The notes under the pieces are model-generated. The model saw only the letters and a list, made by a program, of their open reading frames with translations, was not told where the DNA came from and did not search any database. Source: Octopus vulgaris (lineage: Eukaryota). Taken from it: a stretch of 64,000 nucleotides of DNA. This document shows, piece by piece, positions 37,249 through 50,479 of this stretch; positions within the stretch are counted from its first letter, which is position 1, and each line of letters starts with the position of its first letter. Location: contig OX597821.1 in assembly GCA_951406725.2 (NCBI GenBank), positions 76,198,001-76,262,000 of the forward strand, in the 5' to 3' direction. Made by a program: the position numbers and the translations under genes.

Positions 37249-37660
37249 TAGGCGCAGGAGTGGCTGTGTGGTAAGTAGCTTGCTAACCAACCACATGGTT
37301 CCGGGTTCAGTCCCACTGCGTGGCATCTTGGGCAAGTGTCTTCTGCTATAGCCCTGGGCCGACCAATGCCTTGTGAGTGGATTTGGTAGACGGAAACTGA
37401 AAGAAGCCCGTCGTATATATGTATATATATATATAAGTGTGTGTGTATATGTTTGTGCGTCTGTGTTTGTCCCCCTAGCATTGCTTGACAACCGATGCTG
37501 GTGTGTTTACGTCCCCGTCACTTAGCGGTTCTGCAAAAGAGACCGATAGAATAAGTACTGGGCTTACAAAAGAATAAGTCTCGGGGTCGATTTGCTCGAC
37601 TAAAGGCGGTGCTCCAGCATGGCCGCAGTCAAATGACTGAAACAAGTAAAAAAGAGAAAA
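37249..37660 (+). mobile_element. SINE family B, full length, low divergence
   Basis: GGCGCAGGAGTGGCTGTGTGGTAAG...GGTTCCGGGTTCAGTCCC...GGCGGTGCTCCAGCATGGCCGCAGTCAAATGACTGAAACAAG. Confidence 0.94.
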
Positions 37661-38008
37661 GAGATACATATATACATACATACGAACACACGTATATGTA
37701 CGTATATGCACAAGGGATGGTTGACGTTGTCTTTGAATGTTCGGCTTTCCCGCCCTTCTCAGACTGTCTGATGGGGTTGAGCATCCGAAATTTCGAAGCA
37801 ATTGTTAACGTTTTCCTTGTAAAAGAGTTTAATAAACATGTACAATGTTAAACAAGAATTGAGTAATTCTTTGGTTTAATGTTAATTTGATTCTATATGG
37901 AACTTAACACAAAAACAAATACACACACACACACACACATAAAAGATATTACATTAGAAATGATATATCATATATATATATATATGTTTTATGTATATAT
38001 TATATGTG

Positions 38009-38052
<44 letters not shown>

Positions 38053-38164
38053 ATTTTTCATTCCCTTCGAACTTACTCTTAACTGTGGTCTGGAATTTTG
38101 TCTGTTCCTTCTAGCATGTAAACCGACCTGTTAAGGGTCACCACTTTTGTGTTTAAACGTGCAC

Positions 38165-38209
<45 letters not shown>

Positions 38210-39739
38210 GCGAATACAAACTTACATACATGTGTATATAGATATAGGTGTACATGTGTGTATGTATGTACATGTATATGCATATATATATCTTATAAGT
38301 ATATATGTACATACAAATAACACCACCATCACCCCACTCTCTATTACTACCCTCCTCCTCCTCCTCCTCACTCCAACACAATGTGCACTTGTTTCTTCTT
38401 GCATCAAACAATGCATTCTATGAATTCGTTCTGCTTTAGAGAGTCTCCACGTTTTAGAGAATGATTTAACATTTGCCTGAGATATTGCTTGATATCGAGA
38501 CTGCTTCATTGTTAATGCGATCTCACACGCTCTGCACTCTCGCCAAATACTCAGCCACCACCACCACCACCTAGAACAACGTCACTCACACACACACGGA
38601 CGCCATCACTCCCTCATTTCACCGCCATTGTTAACCGAAGATAAAATCATTCATTCAGCAAGTGTGTTAATGTGTTTATTGTCTTATTGCTCCATAATGA
38701 AAAGACGACTACCACAAAGATATCCTCTCCACCAGCCTCGTATTGTTTCCGCTTCTTGTTCTAATTGCTGGCGTCATCGTTGTCGTCGGTTTTTGTTGTT
38801 GTCGCTTCTTTTGTTGTTTCAATATTGTTGTTTTTATTGTTGCAGCCATTGTTCATCTTGTTGTTGCTAGTATTTTGTTCTAGTTGTTGTTGTTATTAAT
38901 GCTACTGCGGTTGCTACTGTTGCTTTAATTTCTGTTGCTGTTTTTTTGTTGTTATTGTTTTGTGGTAGTTGTTATTTCTGTTGTCGTTAACCCTTAACCA
39001 GACTGGATCATGCAGAACTATGCTCAAAAGCGTTCCAGGCATGACAAAATAGCCCCTCTTTTCTTCTCATCATACCACTTCTTTTTTTATAAATGATACG
39101 GGAGTGAAGAAGATGAAGAAGAAAATTGTCAAAGTAGTCAGGGTTTCGCCTTGTTTCTTCTGGTAGCAAAATAAAAGAAACAAAATTGAGAGAAGGGGGA
39201 TAGAGGGAGAGATGGGGCGAGAAAGATAACAGCACCAACTGTGCATCAACGGCAAATGCAGCTGTGGCCCCTAAAAGCTCTTGTTACCCGAGAGAGTCCC
39301 ACCTGTCATACTATCGTTTGCAGTTCTGTTGGAAGCGAATGAAATCGCCTCGTCCATCCTTGGCCACCACTCGTTGTACCACCACAAATAGTGAGAAGAA
39401 GAAAATGGAAGACGGGTGTGGCAAGTTTTCAACCCCAGTGAAGAAAAATGAAAGAAAAGACGCCATATCCCCGCAAAAAGAAGCTAAGCAGAGATTGATT
39501 TAAAAGCGATGGAGGACCCCGGGCATTTCCTATCCCTTCGAATAACAAACGAAGGAGTGATGGAGGATTTGAACGAAATAGAAAAGGACTACAAACGATA
39601 AGGTCCAGAATGTTAAGGAGATTGTTTTCGACGAGATGCAATATGCGAGCGATAGACTGCTAATAAGTCCCAATTTAACATTTTATGAATTGTTATACTT
39701 TAACCAACAAATGGACGTCTGGCTCACTTGCACAACTCC

Positions 39740-40160
39740 GGATAATTCTACATCATCGGCAAAATATTCCATCAGCATTGCCCAAATGATGTTGGCATCG
39801 CCTTTAAGATATACCCAAGACTTGGACCCCGTGCTAGCCGCCTACAACATAAATCATACTCGCATCACAACTATACAGCACAACAATTTCACCTCAATTG
39901 ACCCCGCTCTCTTTAACATTACATCAAAACACATTAAAGCAGAAACAGACCCCATAAAGTTCAAGAAGTCTTTGGACAAATTCCTTTAAAAAATCCAGGA
40001 TGAACCTCCAACACCCGGATATGCCTCCACAAACAATAACTCTCTCCTCGTGTGGGCCATGTTGTCCGATTCCTGATTTAAATGACTTTGCCAGGTGATT
40101 CTATTAAGTTAGACATGGCCTGGGCCAATACTGACCGAAACCTATCAAAGTATCAAAGTA
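39740..40160 (+). mobile_element. CR1/L2-group LINE 3' fragment (second family)
   Basis: FTSIDPALFNITSKHIKAETDPIKFKKSLDKFL, then DEPPTPGY. Tail (TATCAAAG)n. Same family as 59650-59912. Confidence 0.82.
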
Positions 40161-40921
40161 CATACATACATACATACATACATACATACATACATACATA
40201 CATACATACATACATACATACATACATTCATACATACATACATACATACATATAAATATATTCATACATACATACATACATACATATAAATATATATATA
40301 TGATGTAATATTTTCGTGAACGACAAATGAGGGTTTAATAAAATAAAGCGCAAATCATGTTCTATGGACACTAATGTGCCTCGTGACGTCTTTCCGCCAC
40401 CGTTTGCATAAGCCCACTCACAAGGGTCTGGACGGATATAGTTGAAAACAGTTGCTCAGGGTGTTACACAATGGGACTTAACCCAGAACCATGTGGTTGA
40501 GAAGCAGACATTTTACCACTGAGACACGCCTATATATGCACACACACACACACACACACACACATGTACACAGTTCATACATATCTTTATGCACACATAC
40601 ACAGGTGTGTGTGTATGTGTAGGTATGTGTGAGAGCATGTGTGCGTGTGTACGTACATGGATTACAGGACTATGAGTTTGTGTGTTTGTGTAAATTATAT
40701 TACAGGAACTTTGCATAATTCTGACATATGACAAATGTTTCACTGAATTAACGAGAGAACCATTCCAAATGATAAAATTACGGATGTAAGTATATATCTA
40801 ATTCATTTAATTTAAACCAGTTAGGCATACAGCCGGGTGTCGTAGCTCTGTAAACAAATACATATACACATAAATAGACGTATATATGTTTGTATATATA
40901 TATGTATACATACATACATAT

Positions 40922-41305
40922 ATAGGCACAGGAGTGGCTGTGTGGTAAGTAGCTTGCTTACCAACCACATGCTTCCGGGAAAGTGTCTTCTTCTATAACC
41001 TCGGTCCGACCAAAGCCTTGTGAGTGGATTTGGTAGACGGAAACTGAAAGAAGCCCGTGGTATATATGTATATATATATGTGTGTGTGTTTGTGTGTCTG
41101 TGATTGTCCCCCCAACATCGCTTGACAAACGATGCTGGTGTGTCTACGTCCCTGTATACTAACGGTTCGGCAAAAGAGACCGATAGAATAAGTACTAGGT
41201 TTACAAAGAATAAGTCCTGGGGTAGATTTGCTCGACTAAAGGCGGTGCTCCATCATAGCCACAATCAAATGACTGAAACACGTAAAAGAATAAAAAAATA
41301 AAAGA
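40922..41305 (+). mobile_element. SINE family B with a small 5' deletion (degenerate minus copy at about 40410-40530)
   Basis: GGCACAGGAGTGGCTGTGTGGTAAG...AAATGACTGAAACACG. Confidence 0.9.
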
Positions 41306-41520
41306 ATATGTATATATAAATGCACACACACACACATATTTATGTATATATATATATATATATATATTTTGTGAAATAGAAAGATGAATAATCTTGTTGC
41401 AGATTAATCAAAAGTTTAACCGATACCTTGGTAGCAAAAATCACAGCAGAAGACAGCACGGTTGGAGGTACAACCATATGGTGTTGCAACCGTGCGTTGG
41501 TGCGGATAATTGAATTTTAA

Positions 41521-41876
41521 TATTATTAGTGAATTGAAGAAATGGAGTTGAACGAAGATTGAACAGAAATCGTTTTATTGCATTCTACACGTGTTTCGAA
41601 AGGCACAATTAACCAAATTCCGATTGAATAAGGAGATCATATTGTGTCTTTCTCTTCAGGAAGAAATAGGAAATCCGTTGGAAAAAACAAAAACAGAACA
41701 GAGGCGGAGCACAACAAATCGTTCGATTTGTTGTGCTCCGCCTCTGTTCTGTTTTTGTTTTTTGATCTCCTTATTCAATCGGAATTTTGGTTAATTGTGC
41801 CTTTCGAAACACGTGTAGAATGCAATAAAACGATTTCTGTTCAATCTTCGTTCAACTCCATTTCTTCAATTCACTA

Positions 41877-41882
<6 letters not shown>
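41521..41882. mobile_element. Penelope-like long palindrome centred at about 41722
   Basis: 41521-41639 pairs with about 41763-41882, and about 41682-41721 pairs with 41724-41763, almost perfectly. About 41640-41681 is absent from the right arm. Confidence 0.75.
41583..41662 (-). ncRNA. Type I hammerhead ribozyme with extended stem II
   Basis: TTC-CTGAAGA-GAAAGaCACAAT...ATTGTGcCTTTC-GAAAC-ACGT-GTA-GAA. Palindromic stem III ACACGTGT and GUA site. Confidence 0.72.
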
Positions 41883-41915
<33 letters not shown>

Positions 41916-42227
41916 ATATGTATGATGTATTGTTGTCGTGAACAACAAATGAAGGTTTAGTAAAATGTGTGTGTGTGTGTGTGTGTGTGTGTACGTGTGT
42001 GTGTGTGCATACATGCTCATACACATACACATACACATTGATAGTGTCGTCGAGAAACACAGATACATACAAACATACGTACACATATCGGTCTAAATAC
42101 TTATTTCTGTTTTTCTCTCTGTATCTCTCCCGTTCTCCCTTTGTTTCTGTCTTGTTTCTCTCTCTCTCTCTCATTCTCTCTCTCTCTCTCTCTCTCGCTC
42201 TATCACACACTCTCTCCATATATATAT

Positions 42228-42284
<57 letters not shown>

Positions 42285-42287
<3 letters not shown>

Positions 42288-42790
42288 GGTGTCCCAAAAT
42301 CACCGATGGGTTTCAATTTTGAATAACTTCCTTAACTTTAGAAATAAATGCATGAAATATTGTTACAATATAAAGGATATAAAGGAAATTAATATGCACA
42401 AGTCAAATTTTGCAATACCATTACATTATATATGATAAATGTCGTTTCTTAACTGGCGGCCATTTTCGGTTTCGCTCGTCCGTGCTCTTTCCAAAACTTG
42501 CACCATAACATCTTCAAGAGTTTCAGATCCCACTTCTCTGATTTCTCAATTGATGTTCTCCTTCAGTTGCACCAGGGTCTCCGGTTTGTTGACGTAAACC
42601 CTCTCTTTCAAGTATCCTCACCAAAAAAAAAAAATCGGGGCTAGTCAAGCCTGGAGGATATGACGGCCAGTTGACATTGCCATAGCGGGAGATAATTCTC
42701 TCTCTCCAAAGCACTGCAGTAACAACTGCATTGTTTCTGTTGCGGTATGAGAAGTTGTCCCATCTTGCTGAAACCATATGTGAGGTCTAT
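42285..42790 (-). mobile_element. Tc1/mariner (rosa-like) 3' fragment with one TIR
   Basis: TA-CAGGGTGTCCCAAAAT terminus. Reverse strand WFQQDG...ISRYGNVNWPSYPPGLTSPDFF...GYLKERVYVNKP...ENGRQL. Confidence 0.85.
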
Positions 42791-42894
42791 TCTGAATTGC
42801 CTTCACGTTCCCCATACTTGACTAGACAGATGAAATACTGCTAAGCATACCTAGATTGGTGGCCCTCACAGCAAAGATGCTGCCAAAGAAAAAA

Positions 42895-43340
42895 GCACTC
42901 GTGACAAAAAGAAAAACCTGTTATAAACCTAACTCATTGCAACAATGACTCAATATCGGCGAAAATGGAACAAGAATCAGAGATGAAGATACTCGCTGAA
43001 AAGGTATTCCATAGTGTTACAGTGTGGACCTATTCGTAATCTATTTACTGCAAATTGAGAAAAACAAATGAAAAGGTGGAATACACTGGTAAATATTGCT
43101 ATCAAAGAGTGCTTCTATTTGAACAACCAAGTAAATGAAACTCACCAAGTGAAAAGTTAGGAGTAAATGTGAAGACAGAGCATCTACAGAAAATAGTATT
43201 GCTTGGAACTACACGGATCTTCCGCAAAGTTCTTCAGATCGGAATGGAAAGTACTAATTTAGTCCACTTGTTGTGGACAGTTGACACATTGTTTCATCCC
43301 CCGGCGAAAGTGGTGTGTTAAATAAGAACAACAATGATAA
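42895..43340 (+). mobile_element. Degenerate R4/Dong-type (RLE) LINE 3' end
   Basis: EHLQKIVLLGTTRIFRKVLQ at about 43178-43237 matches the LQK.ALLGTARILRKVL terminus. Upstream DKKKKTC remnant. Confidence 0.68.
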
Positions 43341-43670
43341 AGAATTGGTAAATCTTTATCTATAGTGTCCAGTTATATCGAAATTGAAGCTATAACACGG
43401 ATAATAGGTTTATGTACATGTGTGTGTGTGTGTGTGTGCGTACACGTATGCATATATACGTGCGCATACAGATACACAGACACATATATGTGTATGCATA
43501 CATAAACATGCATATATATATACATATGCATATATACATATATACACATAAACACTTATGCATACGCACTTACGTACTTACATACATACATACATACATA
43601 CATACACACATACACACATACATACATATATACATACTTTCATACATACATACATACATACATACATACA

Positions 43671-43706
<36 letters not shown>

Positions 43707-44242
43707 GTCATACATACATACATGCATGCATACATACGTACAAACATGCATACATGCGTACACACGTAGATCGCATGGCGCTATAATTATTCACAGGATA
43801 TTTCCACGTGTAACCGAAGCATTGCCACCCGTTCTCCTTTTCACCCAATGTTTTGTCCTTCAAAGGTTAACACTTCCAACATGTTTCTGAAACAAGGATT
43901 TGATAATGAAAGTATGAGACTTTGCTGAAAATAACAGACATTTCACTCTCAAGTTAATTTCTAATCATAGAACACTGTATTCCTCTGTGTGTGTCTGCAC
44001 GCGCGCATCAGAAGCAATAATAGCTTAAAATAGCTATCTGTGTATCGTATAAAATGTAAATACATCACGAAAGGCAAATTTCCGGTGATATTCAGGTGAT
44101 CTAGAGAGGCATTTGTCGCTGGACCATGTCGCTGCTCCACCAATTGTCAGTATTTGCACAGATCGTTCGGGACAACTCTCTGAGCAGTGTGCCAGACTGT
44201 TCCCTTTCTGCGAGATGCTTCCTCATCGCGTGATCATGTGAC

Positions 44243-44368
44243 ATGTGTTCGCCCAACACGAGCCATCACACCAGCTGGGATCTCAGGGAAGACAACGCGA
44301 CACACAAGATCCAGCTCGGAGAATGGAGCAACATGACCAAACCGTCTGAGCTGACGCTCCCGAATCAG
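44243..44368 (+). CDS. Candidate first coding exon MCSPNTSHHTSWDLREDNATHKIQLGEWSNMTKPSELTLPNQ (alternative start 44333)
   Basis: Unique, GC/CpG-richer island ending at a consensus CAG|GTAAGT donor. This is the only frame open to the donor. No recognised homology. Confidence 0.35.
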
Positions 44369-45084
44369 GTAAGTAACAACAGGACACATCCCAGTTTATG
44401 GATATAGTCATTGATTGAATGCGAAATCTTACCAACGGTAACTTATATTTCTGCGAAGCTCCCTGTCACCAAATGAGTTCAAGCGGCCCCTAAGGGACTT
44501 GAACACTGCGATTTTCGACTAGAGATAATATCTCTTATGGATTTGCTGTGTTTAAATACACAATATATGTTGGAAGTAGGCGGCTGGTAGGAATGCAAGA
44601 TGCGTATTTCCGCCTTCTTGCGTGTTATCAGTAATATCTACTCACAACCAGCTGCCTGTTAAAATGAAATCAGTCCTCCCCAGACGAGAATCGCTGTAAA
44701 TTTTCCGAAATATTATAATAATAATAGGGAGAAAAATCTGTCTAATTCTTGCGACCTAACTTGCTGACAGATGAAATCACTTTGTGGTGCTTTTACGAGA
44801 AGATTTTTCCACAAAATTATTCACGATCCATCACAGTATCTCACTTTAAGGTAGAATCAGTTTCTTCTTTTACATTTTTCAGGTTGAGTAAAACTGGTGG
44901 TTCGACAATACCTGGTCCGACATACAACACTACACGAATGGTGGTGTTAGAACTCTTTATTCCCAGGGTAAAACATTCACATATTATCACACATATTGCT
45001 GTTATAAAGGTATTCTTTTGTAATTCCTCAATACTTATACAAGAAATATTTGAGGAACGATGAGCACCAGAGTTTATAAAATCT

Positions 45085-45288
45085 TTTCTACTCTAAGCAC
45101 AAGGCCCGAAATTTGGGGGAAGGGGGCCAGTCGATTAGATTGACCCCAGTACTCAACTGGTACTTAATTTATCGTATCCGAAAGGATGAAAGGCAAAGTC
45201 GACCTCGGCGGAATTTGAACTCAGAAAGTAACGACGGACAAAATACCGCTAAGTATTTCGTCCAGTGTGCTAAGGTTCTGCCAGCTCG
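45085..45288 (-). mobile_element. SINE family A (a degenerate copy also at about 47800-47945)
   Basis: GAAAGGATGAAAGGCAAAGTCGACCTCGGCGGAATTTGAACTCAG...TTCTGCCAGCTCG. Confidence 0.9.
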
Positions 45289-48119
45289 AAACTCTTACTG
45301 AGATAAGTTCAAGGAGGGATTTTGATATTTTGAGGGTAGGGGAAGTATTATGCTTCTGATATCTTTGTAATATTCCTACGAAAACGGAGCAAACATATCA
45401 AAGTCTTATCTACTGCTATCGAATGAGATAATATTTCAAGGATGATAAAGAGTTGCTATGACAACCATGTCTTTCCCGAGCATATAAACGCTGCAGGTTA
45501 AGTAGACCGAACTTGAACTTGAAATCTCTCGGTTTATTTTGTTCGTTTCAGCAACAGTGACTGCATGGAAGAAATTATTGATTTCTTATATTAATTAAAA
45601 CAGGGCCTTAAATGTATAAAAGAGATAACTGAGAAATATATACTCTTAGTTCATTGCGAGTAATATTGACCCGGAAGGAGAAGAAAAAAAGAGTAAAACC
45701 GATCTCCTCCATTATCCGCCAAACTCAGATTGTAAACGGATGCAAAGAAATACTTTGCTGCAATTTTCTCTAGCACTTCACTGATTATTCCATCACCGCG
45801 CTTATATGCAAAAAAATATTAATGCTTACAACCGCAGTGGTCGCAGTGAATAACTGAACAACTGTCTGTGTAGATGTCTACAGCTTAATTTATCAAAGTC
45901 CATTATCCAATTACGAAAAGAGCGTACATTATGACTATCGACAAAATATTGTCGGAACAGATCAAAGAAAAACTTAATATTTTACTGAAAAGCTTATGTA
46001 ACTACTTATGGGTATTTAAAGCTGTTCCGTTAATAGTGTCTGACTGCAACAACTGTAAAAGAGTTAATAAATTACTATGAAGTCCTACTTCTATAGTAAC
46101 TGTTACCGATAGATGCCGCTACATTAACGCAATTAATTCAAGCGAATTCCCAATCCGGCGCCATGGTTTCAATCTAATGCATAAACTGCTTCATATATTT
46201 AGCTAATCATTGTGAGACAGATATGAACACCACAGCTTCCCACTTAATTCAATCTTTAGATTAGATGTATAAGAAATCTTAATAATTTCTTGTAAACCAA
46301 ACATCGTATTCAGGCCTGAAGCATCCAACAAAATAAGCTTCGCCTCCACAGCAGGAAAAGAATTGTTCCACTTCTCTAACATCTTTCAAAAACTTATGAA
46401 CATCACACGAGTTCTTATTTATTTTTCTCTAACGGCTGTTCTAATTTTTAAGGTTCTTTAGTCCCAGATCTTGATTGAATATATTTATGAACAAAGACAT
46501 TCCAACTATGAACTTAGATCTAATATTTTACGGTAATGCGCAGTTTTATCAAGATTTAAGCAGCTGTATTTAGCAAGTCAAGCGATTACATAAAGACTCT
46601 CCTGTTAGGTTATTTCTATTAATAATAGCCTATATAAAAATAGGTTTGCTCAGTTGGCTGCCATCTCTGGTGTTGTTTTAGATCGTACAGAGCGAACAGA
46701 GGCGAATAAAAGAGAGAGACACGGAGGAGAGACTTGACAGAACAAGTGCAGGATGAGTGTCTTATAAAGCTTTGAAACATATTCATTTTTTTTTTTTATG
46801 AAATCCTCTGAAAATAGATTTTTGATGGTGTAGGCTGTGATTATACCGATAAAATTTAGAAAACATAATAACATATTTAGTGCAAATTCGAATGAGAAAT
46901 TTGTTGAATCTAAATTCATTTTAAAATAAATATTTTTCTTTCAAAAATTAGTATTCATTTCATCATTTCTTTAATAAGAACCATAACATTTGATAAAACT
47001 TGAATTGTAGTGATTGTATGTCCACCATATTTCCTGATATTACCCATGACGACAAGCGCTCACTTTAAAGTTACGTGTGGTATGACAAGTATGAACAATA
47101 TAATGTGAAATATCATAAGATAACAGGATCAATAACAGGATTGAATATTGAACAAATGATTCGCTTCATGCATTTCATTGTTTCTTTAGGTGAACTACTT
47201 CATACTACTTGCAACAATTAACGATTTATTTTCGAGAAACACTTATCAGATTCGAGGATTAAGGAGACATCTTTAATTTATTCTATGTATTTTCTTAGTA
47301 GTTAAATAAATTATTCTAGTAGCTGATAATTTGTACAATATCAACCATCACTTAAATAACAATTATTATAATTGCTTACACTTAGAATGTCTGCTTGTTT
47401 TCTTGTTGCTTAGCTCTAATTCAACATTAATCGAGGAATATGCAATGCCCTGTTAGGACACACATTCCCCATTGGTCGTTTACGAATTTCAATACTGGAT
47501 CTAGGTTTACTTGTCATACTTCGGTATTCGAGTAAATAAGGACAAGCCTATAGAAGAGCAGAGTCCTTCACAATACGACCACCCGAGATTTGCGGCTTGA
47601 TACCAAACTGAAGAAATACCACAAATAATGATATCTATAAAATCGTCCATTCCTCAATACATCAATTCCAATAGCAACCGTACGTGCGCCATCGTTATAT
47701 ACTTTACGTCTTAAGCAATTATAGATGGCGGAGCCTTTCTCTCTTCAGATCTTATCACAGATAACTGGGAGGAAAGAGAGAGAGGGAGGGCATCCATCCA
47801 GTGTTTCACTGTTACTTTATTTCTCGACCTCTAAATGACGAAAGGTGAAGTCGATCTCAGCGAGGTTTAAGTCCATAGAAAAATCAGAACAAATGTTGAA
47901 AAATCTTTCGTTCCAACATTTTAGCTACTCTACCAGTTTGTTGCCTCATCTCTAAAACCCGTATTTCTCATTACAATATAGTAAAATTAGTAATAGGGAG
48001 GAATTCCTTAAAACCATTGTTCTTAAGCTTTCACAGTCATGTTTATATTCTACCCTGATATAAATCAGCAAAATATACGAACGCATGTACATGTACATTC
48101 TCACTTACATACAGACACA

Positions 48120-48161
<42 letters not shown>

Positions 48162-48411
48162 CATGCATACATACATGCATACATACATACATACATATAT
48201 ATATACATATATATATATACACATACATATATATATACATATATGTATATACATACATATATATATATACATACATACATATACATATATATACATATAT
48301 ATATATATACACATATACATATATTTATACATACATACATATACATATATATATACATACATATATATATGCATACTTACATACATATATGTATATATAT
48401 ATATATATATA

Positions 48412-48592
48412 TATGGTTGTCTACTCCTTAAGAACAGTCTAACTACCTCTTGTACTTGCATCTATCATGGTGTCTGATGTGGCTTTTTAAACCAGACAAT
48501 GTTGTGAAAAGACACCCACGTAGATTACATATCTGATTTCGACCACCAAGAGCTGCAGTTAAGTTCTGATATTTGTAGATCTTAAAATATCT
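48412..48592 (-). mobile_element. Short 3' fragment of the RTE/BovB-like LINE at 32248-33765
   Basis: Shares TCTGATGTGGCTTTTTAAACCAGACAATGTT and AAGAGCTGCAGTTAAGTTCTGAT with 32320-32415. Confidence 0.88.
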
Positions 48593-48598
48593 ATGAAC

Positions 48599-48629
<31 letters not shown>

Positions 48630-48631
48630 CA

Positions 48632-48856
48632 TACCTATTTCTTTACTACCCACAAGGGGCTAAACATAGAAGGGACAAACAAGGACAGACAAACGGATCA
48701 AGTCGATTATATTGACTCCAGTGTGTAACTGGTACTTAATTTATCGACCCCGAAAGGATGAAAGGCAAAGTCGACCTCGGCGGAATTTGAACTCAGAACG
48801 TAACGGCAGACGAAATACTGCTAAGAATTTCGCCCGGCGTGCTAACGTTTCTGCCA
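48632..48856 (-). mobile_element. SINE family A
   Basis: Near-consensus core and head, ending GCTAACGTTTCTGCCA. Confidence 0.92.
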
Positions 48857-48932
48857 CATACACACACACACATACATACATACATACATACATACATACA
48901 TACATACATACATACATACATACATACATACA

Positions 48933-48964
<32 letters not shown>

Positions 48965-48969
48965 CATAC

Positions 48970-49029
<60 letters not shown>

Positions 49030-49344
49030 CATAAATCCGAAAGAGAAGCACACACTAAGTTATAGAACAGAGTATTTAGAGAACGATTCTTATGTCCGGT
49101 TCATAGGGTTACCCAGGGTTTCGCGTCCATAAAGCGCTTAGGTTTACACACGTCTGGTTTACACTCGTAGCACACCGCGAAACACGGTTGAAATTCCTCC
49201 ATAATGTTATCATGCACAAGTATGAGGAATAAAAGAAGATAAATAGTTTTTAATATTTGTTTTCAAAAATTATTAACTTTAAAACAATTTCCAAGCAAAG
49301 CAGGCGACGTATATCGGGAATCTTTTTTTTATTTTTATTTTATA

Positions 49345-49383
49345 CCCGGTGCATCGCGAAATCAAAAGGATTGAGAACTACTG
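49345..49383 (-). mobile_element. Possible hAT/Charlie-type terminus
   Basis: Reverse strand CAGTAGTTCTCAATCCTTTT resembles Charlie TIRs (CAGTGGTTCTCAA). The partner end was not found. Confidence 0.3.
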
Positions 49384-50479
49384 CTTCATAAATTCTGTTA
49401 CACCAGTTAGTTTAGTACATTCTACAAGGATAGATTTGGACAATTTTATTCTTAGATAATTTGTCTTGTTAAGTTTAGAAAAAATATTTTTTTGTCTTTT
49501 AAGGTTAAAACGTCAACCAGATGATACAGTTTGGCCTTCACTCTTTGATAATGTTATCAAACAATGTTGCTTTTATTATCCTGAAATCTGAATAAGCATG
49601 TCCCGAGGTAGGATCACTTTGTCATTTTCGAGAAACGTTTGTACATCTTGTCACCTTTCTTCCATAGTAATTTGATAGTACCGACAGTATTTCTGTTGTA
49701 CAAAGCAATCAACTCCTGCTTATGTATACATTCAGTTTGGTTTAAACTTGGACAGTAAGACATATTGTGATCAAATGTCACTTCCTGTTCACAACATATT
49801 CTGAAGTTTCCTTTTTTATATTATCGTTCATTGTACGTTTAAGGTATGACTAATGAGAACAACTATCAATTACCTTTTAGTGGAAGTTTTTATCTTTTGA
49901 AATAATATTCAGTATTTTTATATTTTTCATCTTCTTCCCCTCCATTCGCTCTTATTAGGTTATGAACTACATGGGAGACATTCCGGCAATTTTCCTTTTA
50001 GTGTGATGTAAAATTCTTTCCTTTTTTCGTTTTCGTGTTCCAAATGAATTCAATTTTTATGCTTTATATCCCCTCCACTTCATTGTGAAACGTAGATGAA
50101 ATCTCACACACAAATCTTCAAACCCTCAAAATATGAAAAAGAAAAACTTTCTTTATCCGCCTTTATGAGCTTAAGTGATTGTGGTTGCTATAATGTTATA
50201 TAGGATCAATTAGATGACCCTTGGTGAATATATTACACAAGATGGTCATTCTCAAAAGAGTTCAATCCAGCAGCCGATATTACAAACCAGCGAATTTATT
50301 TCTTAAATTTACAGTCAGCCACGAAGTAATTTCTTTATTACCTATAACAGGCTACATAGAGGGGGACAGTACAATCACGAATGATTTTTACAATTATGAT
50401 GCATTTTGGGATCGATAAAAATTTGGACGATAGCTATAAGGTTTCGAATGATAGTACATATACATTGGACAATTTTACA

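Noticed and set aside
38500-39660. Unique region with short ORFs (38628-38870, 39264-39503)
   Set aside because: Low-complexity (TTG)n content, stops and no recognisable motif or splice structure. It could be UTR or a LINE ORF1 relic but this is unsupported.
46657-46673. CTCF-like motif (reverse CACCAGAGATGGCAGC)
   Set aside because: Imperfect single match that cannot be distinguished from chance without ChIP data.
49400-50400. Possible decayed transposase (also 14050-14700)
   Set aside because: No catalytic motif or paired TIRs could be read with confidence.
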